A stretch of DNA of 64,000 nt, taken from the IMG/VR virus record IMGVR_UViG_3300043010_000145, one strand, 5' to 3'. Position 1 is the stretch's first letter; each line of letters starts with the position of its first letter. The notes below the pieces were generated by a model, which did not search any database, had not been told where the DNA came from, and worked only from the letters and a program-made list of their open reading frames with translations. This DNA comes from a virus. Taxonomy: Duplodnaviria > Caudoviricetes. Positions 28,542-39,724 of this stretch are shown piece by piece. A program made the translations under genes and the position numbers.

Positions 28542-28730
28542 TGTATCTACTAAAAGAAACGCTGTAGATATATTTAGATTTTGCAAAATGTTTCAACACA
28601 TTCGGTACTTCTGTACCTAATGACAACTGTTCCGTCCAATTGCAGTTTATGAAATATTTTCGCCTAATCATTCGTTAAATTAAATATCCTCTTGAATTAG
28701 CGGTGTGGCCATCAAACACATCGCTTTTTC
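28542..28730 (+). ncRNA. Candidate structured small RNA
   Basis: Between promoter and terminator AGCGGTGTG/CACATCGCT-T run; several stems; no RBS-led ORF. Confidence 0.55.
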
Positions 28731-29414
28731 TTTTTCCTTTTTCTTGCTCTCCCTCTCCTATTCCTAATTCTGCCTGTACTTATATCGCTTCTGCTTGCAC
28801 CAGCTTGCATGGGTATGCCAGTCAAGTCTTCCTATCTAGGATTAGCTTATCTAATATTAGTCTATCTAATATTAGATTATCTGCACATCTTCGTGTGCAC
28901 CTAAATTTGCTAACAGAAAATTTTTCTAAGGAAAACTGCTATATAAAAGGGGAAGTATGGAAAAAGACTAGGGCTGTCTACAAGCTTTTTACTTAGCTAA
29001 AAAGCCTTATTTGTAGCCTTTTCTAGCCTTTTTGCTTGTCTGCAACAAACTTCTCGCAAGCATTTTATGATTTCTGCAACCAGATTTTTCTTTGCACAAG
29101 CTAACAGCTATAACCAGAGATGATTGCTCCAATGCTCCAATGCTCCAATCTCAATCCCAACTCTATCTTCGCCCAGAAACCGCTTGCCCCAAGTTGTCTG
29201 CAACCAGAAAGAACTGTGTCTGTTAGCACGAAGTGTTTTGTTGCAAATTTCTTTGGCTGTTTTTGTCTTGGCGAAGATTTTTTATTGACAGAAAATATGG
29301 GCTAATAGGTTTATATTTAGCTTTCTTTTAGCTTTCTTATAGCTAATAAGATAGGCGGGCGACCTCGTTTTCGTTTCACTCAAACGGACTTCCCGCCTAT
29401 CGTTGTAGGTAGTT

Positions 29415-29574
29415 AAACCAAGGCAAAGCTAAATTTAGGCATAGATAAACCAAGGTAAAGCTAGAACTAGCCATAGCTAAATCAAGGCAAAGCTAGAACT
29501 AGCCGTAGCTAAACCAAGGCAAAGCTAGAACTAGCCGTAGCTAAATCAAGGCAAAGCTAGAACTAGCCGTAGCT
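29415..29574 (+). repeat. 5 x 32-bp iteron-like tandem repeat
   Basis: AAA(C/T)CAAGGCAAAGCTAGAACTAGCCGTAGCT consensus, between two GATAGGCG-led stem-loop elements. Confidence 0.85.
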
Positions 29575-30429
29575 AAGATAGGCGAGCAACCTAGCCTGTT
29601 TTCGTTTCACTACAACAGTCGTGGCTAAAAGCACCCCTAAACACGAAGTGTTCTAGTGGTGCTTACAGGCATATGTAAAGCATATGCCTGTCTGCTGCCA
29701 CCCTGACCGCTCGCCTCCGCCCCTCACAGTATTACTTTTCGGGGCTATCGTTGTAGGTAGCTAAAACAAGGTGTAGCCTTTTTGCTTGTCTGCAACAAAC
29801 TCTTTGCAAGCATTTTACGATTTTCTTCAACCAGAGATGTCTGCTCCAATACATCAATACATCAATACTCCAATGCCAATTCCATTCTTCAACCAGAAAC
29901 CGCTTGCCCCTTATTAGCTATACAAATCAATAAATTGATTTATATAGCTATTCTGCAACCGGAAAGAACCTGTGCCTGTTGGCACGATTTGATTTGTTGC
30001 AAATATCTTTGGCTGTTTTTGTCTTGGCGAAGATTTTTATTGATATAAAATATGGAATGCTAGGGATAGATTTAGTTTTCTTATAATACTTACGATAGGC
30101 GAGCAACCAATTTTATTCCGCTTTGCTTCATAAAATCGCCGCTCGCCTATCGTTGTAGGTAGCTAAAACAACATATATCCTTTTTGCTTGTCTGCAAATA
30201 TCCCCTATGACTGGTGCCTTCCGCAGCCAGATTTTTTGCCCAAGCCTACATCTGCACCCAATCTAACTAGGCGGAACTCCCCAGCACTTCGTGTAGCTAA
30301 TCAGTCAAGCTATTGACTGATTAGCTCCGTCTCTATCTCTAAATCTGAACGATTAGCCACACGAAGCAAGATGAACTTGCTTCATATGGCTGAGAATTTG
30401 CTATAATAAATATAGAAAGGAGCACCACC

Positions 30430-30957
30430 ATGCCCAGCAAGAGAACCCCAGCCCATTTCTACACGAGAGGGAAATTTGGGAAGCGACTTCGAGAAGTCGC
30501 TGACCAAGAGAACCCCTACTTATATTCACAAGGAAGGTATGCAACGAAGTTGCAACCTTCCGACCTCCCCAATACTTACATATCTATTCACAGCAGAAGC
30601 TTATGGTACACCGAAGGCTTTATCCAAACAGCGAATGTCGTAGACATCTGCTACATACCGCTGCATCTAAATCATCTATTCAAAGATGACTATTTATACA
30701 TCAGTTATTCCGCAGACCGACCTCTGCAAATCGAGCCAACCCGATATGGCATTCCCGAATGCCTAAGCTACGACATATGTATCTGTGGCAATGACATACC
30801 GAAGCTGCTAGAAGCCATCGCTCTCAACTCCCCACACTGCCATAATCTCTCTGAGACCAAAGCCTCTGTGAAAGAGAAAGTAGAATGGTTTGCCACTCGT
30901 TACCCCGAGAGCTCTAAATCCATCAATTATCTGCATGAGCACTATGACTGGTTATAA
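30430..30957 (+). CDS. Hypothetical protein (175 aa)
   Basis: TATAAT -10 and GAAAGGAG RBS; non-repetitive protein sequence. Confidence 0.75.
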   Translation: MPSKRTPAHFYTRGKFGKRLREVADQENPYLYSQGRYATKLQPSDLPNTYISIHSRSLWYTEGFIQTANVVDICYIPLHLNHLFKDDYLYISYSADRPLQIEPTRYGIPECLSYDICICGNDIPKLLEAIALNSPHCHNLSETKASVKEKVEWFATRYPESSKSINYLHEHYDWL

Positions 30958-31150
30958 CCAGTCATTTTTATTACCTATCTCCAATATTCTCGCCTGTCTT
31001 TTATCGCCTGTCCTCTATCTCGCCTATCTGCTCTCGCCTGTCTGCTCTCGCCCGTCTATCCTTGTTGTAGTTCAGCCAGCCTATCCTATCCACCTAGCAC
31101 CACTTCTTCGGGTATCTTGTCGTAGCAGATGTTTCTGCCACCTTCTGCCT

Positions 31151-31220
31151 TGCCTTATCTTGCCTTATCTTGCCTTATCTTGCCTTATCTTGCCTTATCT
31201 TGCCTTATCTTGCCTTATCT
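31151..31220 (+). repeat. (TGCCTTATCT)x7 tandem repeat
   Basis: Direct reading. Confidence 0.95.
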
Positions 31221-31362
31221 TGCATCATTTCTATCTTGTAGGGTACTTTTGTCTTGGCTTAGCTTTATTCTCGCCTATCTCTATCTTGGCTTAGCTCTAT
31301 CTCTGCCTAGAAAGGCGGCCACGGTTCTCATTACATTTCGAACCTAAGACCCGCCTTTGTCT

Positions 31363-31520
31363 AGGCAAAGCAATCATTCAGGCAAAGCAATCATTCAGGC
31401 AAAGCAATCATTCAGGCAAAGCAATCATTCAGGCGAAGTAATTATTCAGGCGAAGTAATTATTCAGGCGAAGCAATTATTTAGGCGAAGTAATCTCTTGG
31501 CGAGTAATTATTTAGGAGAA
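31363..31520 (+). repeat. 17-bp tandem array AGGC(A/G)AAG(C/T)AAT(C/T)ATTC, about 9 units
   Basis: Four exact units then degenerate units. Confidence 0.9.
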
Positions 31521-33000
31521 GATACACCAAATGCTTGAAGTCCAGCACACTTCATCGGGTATCTTGTCATAGCAGATGTTTCAACAGACTGGTTATCTTG
31601 CCTTGCCTTGCACTATCTTGCCTTATTCCTATCTTGCAGTGTACTTCTGTTTTGTATTAGATTTACTCTTGCCTATCTTTATCTCAGTCTAGCTTTATTC
31701 TCGCCTATCTTTTGTCTTGGCTTAGCTTTTGTCTTGGCTTAGCTTTTGTCTTGGCTTAGCTTTTGTCTTGGCTTAGCTTCTGTATTGGCTAGCTATATCT
31801 AGGTATAGAAAGGCGGCCACCTTGGTAACTTCTCTATCCTCGTTACCCGCCTTTGTCTAGGCGAAGCATTTAACTAGGCGAAGCATTTAACTAGGCGAAG
31901 TAATGATTCAGGCTAAGTAATTATTCAGGCGAAGCAATCAACTCTGCATAAATATATCTGGCAAAGCATATTCTACTTGCATACAGCATGAATCAAGCAT
32001 CAGTCTATATCTGCATGCAGTGTTATTCTCGCCTGTCTGCTTTCTCGCCTGTCTATCCTCGCCTGTCTTTTCTCGCCTGTCTCTCCCTGTTGTAGTTCAG
32101 CCAGCCAGCCTATCTGCTCTCGCCTATCCTCCCACCTCCTCACTTCATTGGGTATCTTGCAGTAGCAGATGCTTCTACCTACTGGTTATCTTGCCTTGCC
32201 TTATCTTGCATCATTTCTATCTTGTAGGGTATTCTTGTCTGGGCTATCTTTTGTCTTAGCCTATCTTTATTCTTGCCTATCTTTATTCTTGCATATCTTT
32301 ATTCTTGGCTTAGCTCTATCTCTGTCTATCTTTATTCTCGCCTATCTTTTGTCTTGCCTTAGCTCTATCTCTGTCTATCTTTTGTCTTGCCTTAGCTCTA
32401 TCTCTGTCTATCTTTTGTCTTGCCTTAGCTCTATCTCTGTCTATCTTTTGTCTTGCCTATCTTTTGTCTTAGCCTAGCTATATCTAGGTATAGAAAGGCG
32501 GCCACGGTACTCCATTGCATTTCGTACCTAAGACCCGCCTTTGTCTAGGCGAAGCAATATTTAGGCAAAGCAATCATTTAGGCGAAGTTATTATCTAGGC
32601 AAAGTAATTAACTAGGCGAAGCAAACCATATATTTGCACACAGTACGGTTCTTGCATATACCCAACAAGGAGAAGCAATTGCAAGCAAGAATATGTTTGC
32701 ATGAAGCGATATCTACACCCGCCTTTGCATAGGTAACTAATTATTCAGGCACAGATATATTCAGGCGAAGCAATTAATCAGGCTGCTATACTGCACATCA
32801 TTTCTGCACCAAGAAAGCCTATATTTAGATATTTTTGTATCTTGCCTTACTATGTATCATCGCCTGATATAATCTCGCCTGTTTATTCTCGCCCTACACC
32901 ACTTCCTAGGGTATCCCTTCCACCCTTACAGTTGTGGCATACAGAAACACCTAGGCGGAGACGGATTTGCATACATATTATCTTCGCCCAGATTTATTTA

Positions 33001-33068
33001 TCGCCTGTACTTATTCTTCGCCTGTACTTATTCTTCGCCTGTACTTATTCTTCGCCTGTACTTATTCT
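33001..33068 (+). repeat. (TCGCCTGTACTTATTCT)x4
   Basis: Direct reading. Confidence 0.9.
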
Positions 33069-33545
33069 TCGCCTAGCTTTATCTCGCTTGCTATATTCTT
33101 GTCATAGTTTTAGCTTAGAAAAGGCGGTGGACATCGTTGCACGAGACCCACCGCCTTTGCCAATAGAAGCAGTCAGGTGCAGAAGATATAAGGAACAGTA
33201 TGAAGCAGTTCTAAGCAGGCATAAGGCACATAAACAAGGAGGGCAGGGTATTTACATCTAGCCACAGGCGAAACCTGGAATTGTACTATCTTGATGATAG
33301 CGGTGTTCGTGTATGGTTTTACAAGAAGCCTTCTCTAAGCCAAATAAAGGTTGCATGCAATTCTTCTAAATGCAGAAAATATCGCCGCTCGCACGAAGTA
33401 CGAGCGGCCCTCTGCATATGCACACAGCTAATATTGGAGCAGCCTTTCAGTTTTCACACAACAAACGGTTTCACATAGTATAATAAAAGTGAAACAACAC
33501 AACTCGTAAGCCAGCGGGTAATATTTCAAGGAGGAACAAGGAGAA

Positions 33546-34415
33546 ATGGCAAAAAACACAGTGAAGCAAGCAGGCGAATATGTCTGCAACGGCAAGTATT
33601 TTGTAAAAAGAGTACTAAAAGGTGGCGGAGACAGTCATATTTATCTAGCAACAGATGTAAAGTATGGTCAGGCATACTGCATCAAAGAATATGTGCACAA
33701 CAGTTCCGATGACGGTACCTTGCATGCAGGCAAGTTGATGCAGAAATTAAACCACCCCGCAATTCCCCGCATTATTTCCATTGAGCAAGAAGGCTACACA
33801 GATTACACAGTAATGGAATATGTGCAAGGAGATAATCTTCTTGACATAATTATTCTGGAAGAAGGTGGTTTGCCATTAGACAAAGCGGTGAATTATATGA
33901 AGCAGCTCTGTGGAGCGGTAGGGTATCTGCATGAAAAAACGGAAGGCAAGCCGGCGATTCTTTACAGAGACATGAAGCCTTTGAATATCATCATTTCGCC
34001 AGACGGAATGGTACATTTATTAGACTTTGATATAGCCGTAGAGCTTGAGGAAGAAGAAACAGGCGAGGCAGAAGTATCTATGGCAGCCAGTGAAAAGAAC
34101 ATCAACCGTCACCCAGTAGGAACACCTGGGTATGCCGCACCGGAGTTGTATCGCAAAGGTGCCAAGTATGATTTACGTTCCGATATTTTTGGATTAGGAG
34201 CAACATTCTACCATATGCTTACAGGGACTATTCCGAATCGGTATGTGAATTGCCGTGGTGAGTTAGAAAATCTTCCAAAAGTACATGATACCAAGCCAGA
34301 TATTCCGCCCGAAGTAGATGAAATTATAGATAAAGCTTTGAATACAGACATGGATAAGCGGTATGCAACTGTGTATGAGCTGTATCAGGCATTATGTGAA
34401 CTACCATATTGTTAA
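33546..34415 (+). CDS. Soluble Hanks-type Ser/Thr protein kinase
   Basis: GGGDSHIY, IKEY, YRDMKPLN, DFD, GTPGYAAPE, DIFGLG; AAGGAG RBS; terminator after. Confidence 0.9.
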   Translation: MAKNTVKQAGEYVCNGKYFVKRVLKGGGDSHIYLATDVKYGQAYCIKEYVHNSSDDGTLHAGKLMQKLNHPAIPRIISIEQEGYTDYTVMEYVQGDNLLDIIILEEGGLPLDKAVNYMKQLCGAVGYLHEKTEGKPAILYRDMKPLNIIISPDGMVHLLDFDIAVELEEEETGEAEVSMAASEKNINRHPVGTPGYAAPELYRKGAKYDLRSDIFGLGATFYHMLTGTIPNRYVNCRGELENLPKVHDTKPDIPPEVDEIIDKALNTDMDKRYATVYELYQALCELPYC

Positions 34416-35051
34416 TACAAACAAAAGGCTCGCCTACTGCGAGCCTTTTGTTGCATCTTATACTTATTTGTTGTGGCTTCTGCCTGCTCTACTATTACTT
34501 GGCATAGTTCCTGTGCACATTCATATTGGGTATTTCAACATTAGCGAAAATCAGGCAAACTTCACCTATGTGTAATGCAATCAGCCAAGCACAAAAAGCA
34601 GCCGAAGTCAACACTTCTCTTCACTTTTTATTTTTATCACATCACAACTCGTGTAGGTATACAATCAGGCAAAAGATAGTATCAGCTAGAGGAATATTAC
34701 TTTGGCGTCTTTAATGTGAAGTATATATGGGCGAAGATATTTTTTAGCACTAGTACCAGTCATACAAAGCAAGTAAACTTGCTTTGTATGACTATCTAGA
34801 TGAAGCAAGAATTCAAGTGGGGTTTTACTCTACAATAAGTCATTATTTTAATTTTAGCAATTGCCTTTAAGTAAAGCATATTAGGGTATGCATGCACTTT
34901 GGGTTGAATCTAATGCAAGCCCAATTTCTAATTCTAATTCTAATTCTAATGCAAATGAAAACACAGAAAAACTAACAAAGTAAAAAGCAAGCAGTACTTT
35001 GCTTGCTTTTTACTTAAATGTGGTTTCTAAATCTTGATACTCACCAAGCAC

Positions 35052-35221
35052 AAAAAAAGCAGCCTGTGGCTGCTGTAAACATGCTCGCTGTGAGCAATCC
35101 TGATTGCATCTGATGACAGATAGCTGCAATCGTACATCATTTTTCAGACTTTGGATTTGCAGTCCATTTTATATGTCAGAGCAGTTCTAAGGTACTTGTA
35201 CTAGCAATCATCCCCAAGTAC
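35052..35221 (-). ncRNA. Candidate structured small RNA
   Basis: TTGACT-17 nt-TATACT promoter (35228-35256, minus); terminator GCAGCC-aca-GGCTGC-T7; internal hairpins. Confidence 0.55.
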
Positions 35222-36197
35222 ATTCATAGTATAGCCCAGCCGCCAGCCAAAGTCAACACTTTTCTTCACTTTTTATATTTTATTGCATCACAACTTGTGC
35301 GGGTATTTTACAGGCAGAATACATCTTGAAGGAAAGGTATCTGGGCGAAGACAAATTATGCACGAGTTAGCCATACAAAGCGAGTTTACCTACCATAAGT
35401 AAGTTAACTTACTTATGGTAGGTGGCTGTATGGCTGGTTGGATGCAGGCAGAAATCAAGTGAAGTTCTAATCTACAAGCAGTTATTATTCAACACTAACA
35501 AACACCTTTAAATAAAGCACATTCTGGTATTTTTAACTAGTAAGCATTCACCAGAGTGATTTCTGGGTATACTTGTTAGCACTTGTCTTGATTTTTGCTT
35601 AGAGTGTATGCTCTCGTGCTTTATTTCGTAAAAGCTCGGAAACAGCAATTTCCGAGCTTCTGCAAGTCCAGAAACTGCACTATTTGAGCTTTTAGCAAAG
35701 TAACAACTTTATCTACTTTTTCTAAGGAAAGTCAGTTAATTTTAAAATACATCTTCACTCAGCCATACATCTGCATCTCACCAGCTACAAAAAGCAAGGC
35801 ACCTTGCTTTTTGTAGCTAATCTCGTGCCAGCCACCTACCAGAAGCAAGAGACCTTGCTTCTGGTAGGTAGTCTTCGCCTAGCTCAATCTCTCATATTGT
35901 CATTTTATTAAGCAAGGGCGGACCCGAAGACAAGCTCATTACATTCGCTTACTTCTACACCCGCCCTTTGCTTGTTGTAGTTTCTGCCTGATGTAGTTTC
36001 TTACTTGTCGTAATTTCTTCTTGCCCTAGTTTCTGCTAGCTGCCTTCTTTGCCCACAGTAATTTCTGCCCGCTCAGCTCTTGTCTTGCCCTATCTATTAT
36101 ATTCTTGCAGAACTTCAGTCTAACACTCTTCACATTTTATAGCTAATAATCAAGGAATATAAAAAGCCACATCGTAGATGTGGCTTTATTTCTTCAC

Positions 36198-36941
36198 CTA
36201 AATATTAAACCCCTCAGGAGCATCAGGCCAAGCAGCCTGATAGAAGGCCATCTTACCATTTTCATCAAAGAAGAGGCGAAAAGCACCATAAGGCATATCT
36301 GTTGTATAATCCAGAACCATTTCCTTTTTTCTTGCCTTAGCAAATTCACTCAGTTTAGTTACCAACTCAGCAAAGTCGATATCAGCATACGGAGCACCCC
36401 AAGCAAAGTTCAGTTTGTTGCCCGAACCTTCCATATAGCAATCTTCCAACATATCCCAATTAGCAATTTCTTGCACCGCATCGCTGTCTGCTGTAATGCA
36501 AGCCATACCATCTGTTTCATACTGTACCGCAGAGCTATGTTGTGCAATCACAGACTGGGTATCTACATAATCTTCCAACTTAGCTTCATTCGGCAGCACC
36601 ATAGTATCCCAATCCCAAACAACATCGCAGCCGTACTCATCCTCCTGAGCATAGATTCTTTTAGCGAATGGCAAGCCTAGTTTGTTTTTCTTACCATTGT
36701 CGTGATATTCCGCCACAACTTGCAAGTTCGGGTATAGGGAAGTCATATGAGTAATATGACCAATGATTTCTTGCACATCATTGACACAATACACAAGGTA
36801 TTCTGCCGTAGCATGCAGACAATCATTCTTCAATATTACAGAGGAACAGTATTGTTTGAATTCTCTTTTCATTGTTTTTACTGCATCAAGCACATCGCCT
36901 GTTCCATTTGAGAATAAGTGTATCGTTAAATTCAGTTGCAT
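36198..36941 (-). CDS. Hypothetical protein, paralog of 38542-39243 (start MQLNL after GAAAGGAG)
   Basis: Shared T..YP....IYA and C-terminal G.[FY]R.FF..NGK...Y.A.[WF]PD pattern. Confidence 0.8.
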   Translation of the reverse strand: MQLNLTIHLFSNGTGDVLDAVKTMKREFKQYCSSVILKNDCLHATAEYLVYCVNDVQEIIGHITHMTSLYPNLQVVAEYHDNGKKNKLGLPFAKRIYAQEDEYGCDVVWDWDTMVLPNEAKLEDYVDTQSVIAQHSSAVQYETDGMACITADSDAVQEIANWDMLEDCYMEGSGNKLNFAWGAPYADIDFAELVTKLSEFAKARKKEMVLDYTTDMPYGAFRLFFDENGKMAFYQAAWPDAPEGFNI

Positions 36942-38541
36942 TGTTTTTCTCCTTTCTTGCATCTTCATCTATGTATTTGCAAGTTTTTATCTTTTTCTAT
37001 ATTTATATATTAGCACAGTATAGTTTTATTTGCAAATATTTATTCAATAATTAGTACGATATAGATAAGTACTCGCATAGCAAAGTTCGGGTATTTTCAG
37101 GCGGAGTCAGATTCAGGCGAAGATATGTTTAGCACGAGTTAGCCATACAAAGCAAGTTTCCTTGCTTTGTATGGCTAGGTAGATGAAGCAAGAATTCAAG
37201 TGAAGTGTTCCTCTACAATCAGTCATTATTCCAATTTAGCAATCACCTTTACATAAATTCCCAGCTATGCAAAGCAAATTTATTTTGCTTTGTATAGCTA
37301 ATCGTTCTTACAGAATGATTATTTGGGTATTCTTAGCCAGCAGACATTCACCAGAGCGATTTCTAGGGTCACATGTTACCACTTGTCTTGATTTTTGCTT
37401 AGAGTATATGCTCACGGGCTTTATTTCGTAAAAATGCGGAGAGTGAACTCTCCGCATTTGCAGAAACTCGGAAATTGCACTATTTGGACTTTTAGAAAAG
37501 ATACGGCTTTATCTACTTTTTCTAAGAAAATGTGGCTTAACACACCACGATACTGCCACAGGCAGTTAATTTTTGAGTACATCTTCACTTAACCACATAT
37601 TTTCATCCATCCAAGGATATGTGCAATCCACCTACCAGAAGCAAGGTCTCTTGCTTCTGGTAGGTGTTCTTCGCCTAGCTCCACCTCTGCCTAGCTTTAT
37701 ATCTAAACAAACAAGGGCGGACCCGAAGACAAGCTCATTACATTCGCTTGCTTCTAAACCCGCCCTTGCTTGCCGTAGTTTCTTGCTTGCCGTAGTTTCT
37801 TGCTTGTTGCAGTTTCTTCGCTCCCTTATGGCATCTACTGTGGGGATGCTTGCCATAGCTTTTGCCTGTTGCAATTATTTCTTATTGTATTTTTCACTTG
37901 CTCTATATTTATCTTGCCCACTATTCCTCCTCCCTTTTGCCTGCTTCACTTCATCGGGTATTTTGTAAGCAATTTGTTTTCTAACCTAGCAGATAAGGTA
38001 TATGTACCGAAACATAGCAAGCTATGAATTACATAAGGCAGTAAGCAAAAGTTCGGCGGGTACGACAGTTAGGCGAAGCTGCATTATGCACGAGCCAGCC
38101 ATACCAAGCGAGTTTTCTCGCTTGGTATGGACAGTTAGATGTATGCAGAAACCAAGTGAAGTTGTATCTAAAATCATCCAGTATTCAATACAAGCAATCA
38201 CCTTTATATAAAGTATATTGGGGTATTTTCAAACAGCAGACATTCACCAGAGTGATTTCTAGGTGCACTTATTACCACTTGTCTTGATTTTTGCTTCAAG
38301 TATGCACTCACGAGCTTTATTTCGTAAAAGCTCGGAAACTGCGATTTCCGAGCTTGCAGAACATCAGAAATTGCACTATTTGAGCTTTTAGATAAGGAAC
38401 AACTTTATCTAATTTTTTCTAAGAAAAGACAGTTAATTTCTGAATAAATCTTCTCTCAGCCAAGGAACTTCATCCAGCCAATTCTCGTGCTAGGTAATTT
38501 CTCCGCCCAACAAAAAACCATGCCGAACGGCATGGTTTTAT

Positions 38542-39243
38542 TTATTTCAAATCTTTCACAACTAAATCAGGGAATTCAGCCTTATAAGAATCCACTTTAC
38601 CATTCTTAAAGAAGAATCTGTAATATCCATCCCATGTATCTGATTCCAGTTCCAGCTTAATCATCTTTTCCGTATGCTTGCTTGCTTCCAACAGCAGTCT
38701 CAGCAGCGGTTCTAATTCCAACTCACAGCTTCCGTCATCATAGAAAGTCAGGCATTTGCCAGTCCAGTTGCCATTATATCCATCAGCCATATACTCAGGC
38801 AAGCCAACAGTGTTCAATGCTCTTTTTGGAGCATAGATGCAGCCGCTTACAACTTCAAAAACGGAAGGAATTTCCAACTCAATATGCAAAAGCAGGCATT
38901 TATCCAAGGCAACAAAATCTTTTTCCTTTGGTTCTTTAGGCAGATACAAATAGTAGGTTGCTCTTTTCTTGCCAAGTGCATAAATTACATAGCTGTGGTC
39001 TTCGTGCAAATCCGGGTTGAATGCTTGCAAACTGAACAGCACATCTGGGTATACCTTAGTAATTTCGTCCAGCAGCCAGTTTACCCAGTACTGTGTAGAC
39101 CAGTCCAAGCTTTTGTAATCAGACCAGCTATACGATGCAAAGTTTCTGATAAAATCCTCATTTGGTAAAAGTGATTGAAGTGTGCCTCCCACATTTTCCG
39201 TTTTTTGCGGGTCGGAAAGCAGTTCTAATACATACATTGCCAT
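38542..39243 (-). CDS. Hypothetical protein (233 aa); its 5' end is matched by the mini-array 2 spacer
   Basis: AAAGGAG RBS; terminator at ~38512-38540. Confidence 0.8.
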   Translation of the reverse strand: MAMYVLELLSDPQKTENVGGTLQSLLPNEDFIRNFASYSWSDYKSLDWSTQYWVNWLLDEITKVYPDVLFSLQAFNPDLHEDHSYVIYALGKKRATYYLYLPKEPKEKDFVALDKCLLLHIELEIPSVFEVVSGCIYAPKRALNTVGLPEYMADGYNGNWTGKCLTFYDDGSCELELEPLLRLLLEASKHTEKMIKLELESDTWDGYYRFFFKNGKVDSYKAEFPDLVVKDLK

Positions 39244-39689
39244 TTTAATTAACTCCTTTTATTCATTCTCAGGGTATTCCACCCTCGTCTCTATCTGTAA
39301 TTATCTTACTATATTTTCTATCCTTTTTCAAGTGGTATGTAAGAATATTTATGAAATAGTATAGAATAATTTTATATTCACACACATCTTTGCTCAGGAA
39401 GTTTTTCTAAAAAAACCGCTTGCATTCACCTTCTATCTGTGATATATTATGGTTGCCCTCCGAAGAGGACAGTTATTTTTTTTGGACATGTTAAGACAAA
39501 AGCCACAGCGAATGCTGTGGCTTTTGTCTTTTAGTATTCATATTCTTCATCTTCGTCAGTTTCTACTGGCTCGTAAATCTTATATCTAGGTGTTGCATAT
39601 AGTTTTGCTTTTCATATGTAGTTCTTCTCCTTTTCAACTATTTCAATGTCGTACTAATTTTTTTTGTAAAAATTTAAATCATTTTTTTA

Positions 39690-39718
39690 TTGCATACTTA
39701 TTTTATTTGTGGTATACT
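39690..39718 (+). promoter_or_regulatory. sigmaA promoter for leader RNA/mini-array 2
   Basis: TTGCAT-17 nt-TATACT with extended TG. Confidence 0.75.
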
Positions 39719-39724
39719 TTAAAC

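Larger units (their letters stand above)
28990..33170. repeat. Repeat-rich non-coding region I: duplicated blocks, GGCG..CGCC stem-loops and 10/17/32/33-bp tandem arrays
   Basis: Blocks ~29020-29330 vs ~29775-30090; ~31000-31520 vs ~31560-31940 vs ~32020-32620. Confidence 0.85.
34580..38500. repeat. Repeat region II: four diverged copies of a palindrome-studded non-coding module (~34580-34890 partial, ~35240-36000, ~37085-37800, ~38055-38500)
   Basis: Shared CATTCACCAGAG(T/C)GATTTCT...CACTTGTCTTGATTTTTGCTT...GCTTTATTTCGTAAAA...TGCACTATTTG blocks. Confidence 0.9.

Noticed and set aside
29415-33070. Tandem arrays as CRISPR
   Set aside because: Head-to-tail units with no unique spacers
28703-33478. 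Leu/Ser/Cys-rich ORFs in the repeat region (e.g. 30890-31294, 32169-32477, 32842-33261)
   Set aside because: Translations of simple repeats, no RBS
36180-39168. Plus-strand ORFs opposite 36198-36941 and 38542-39243, and other short antisense ORFs across the window
   Set aside because: Shadow frames of real genes
39530-39620. RBS-led micro-ORF on minus strand (MKSKTMQH...)
   Set aside because: Stops after 16 codons; likely a deleted gene remnant
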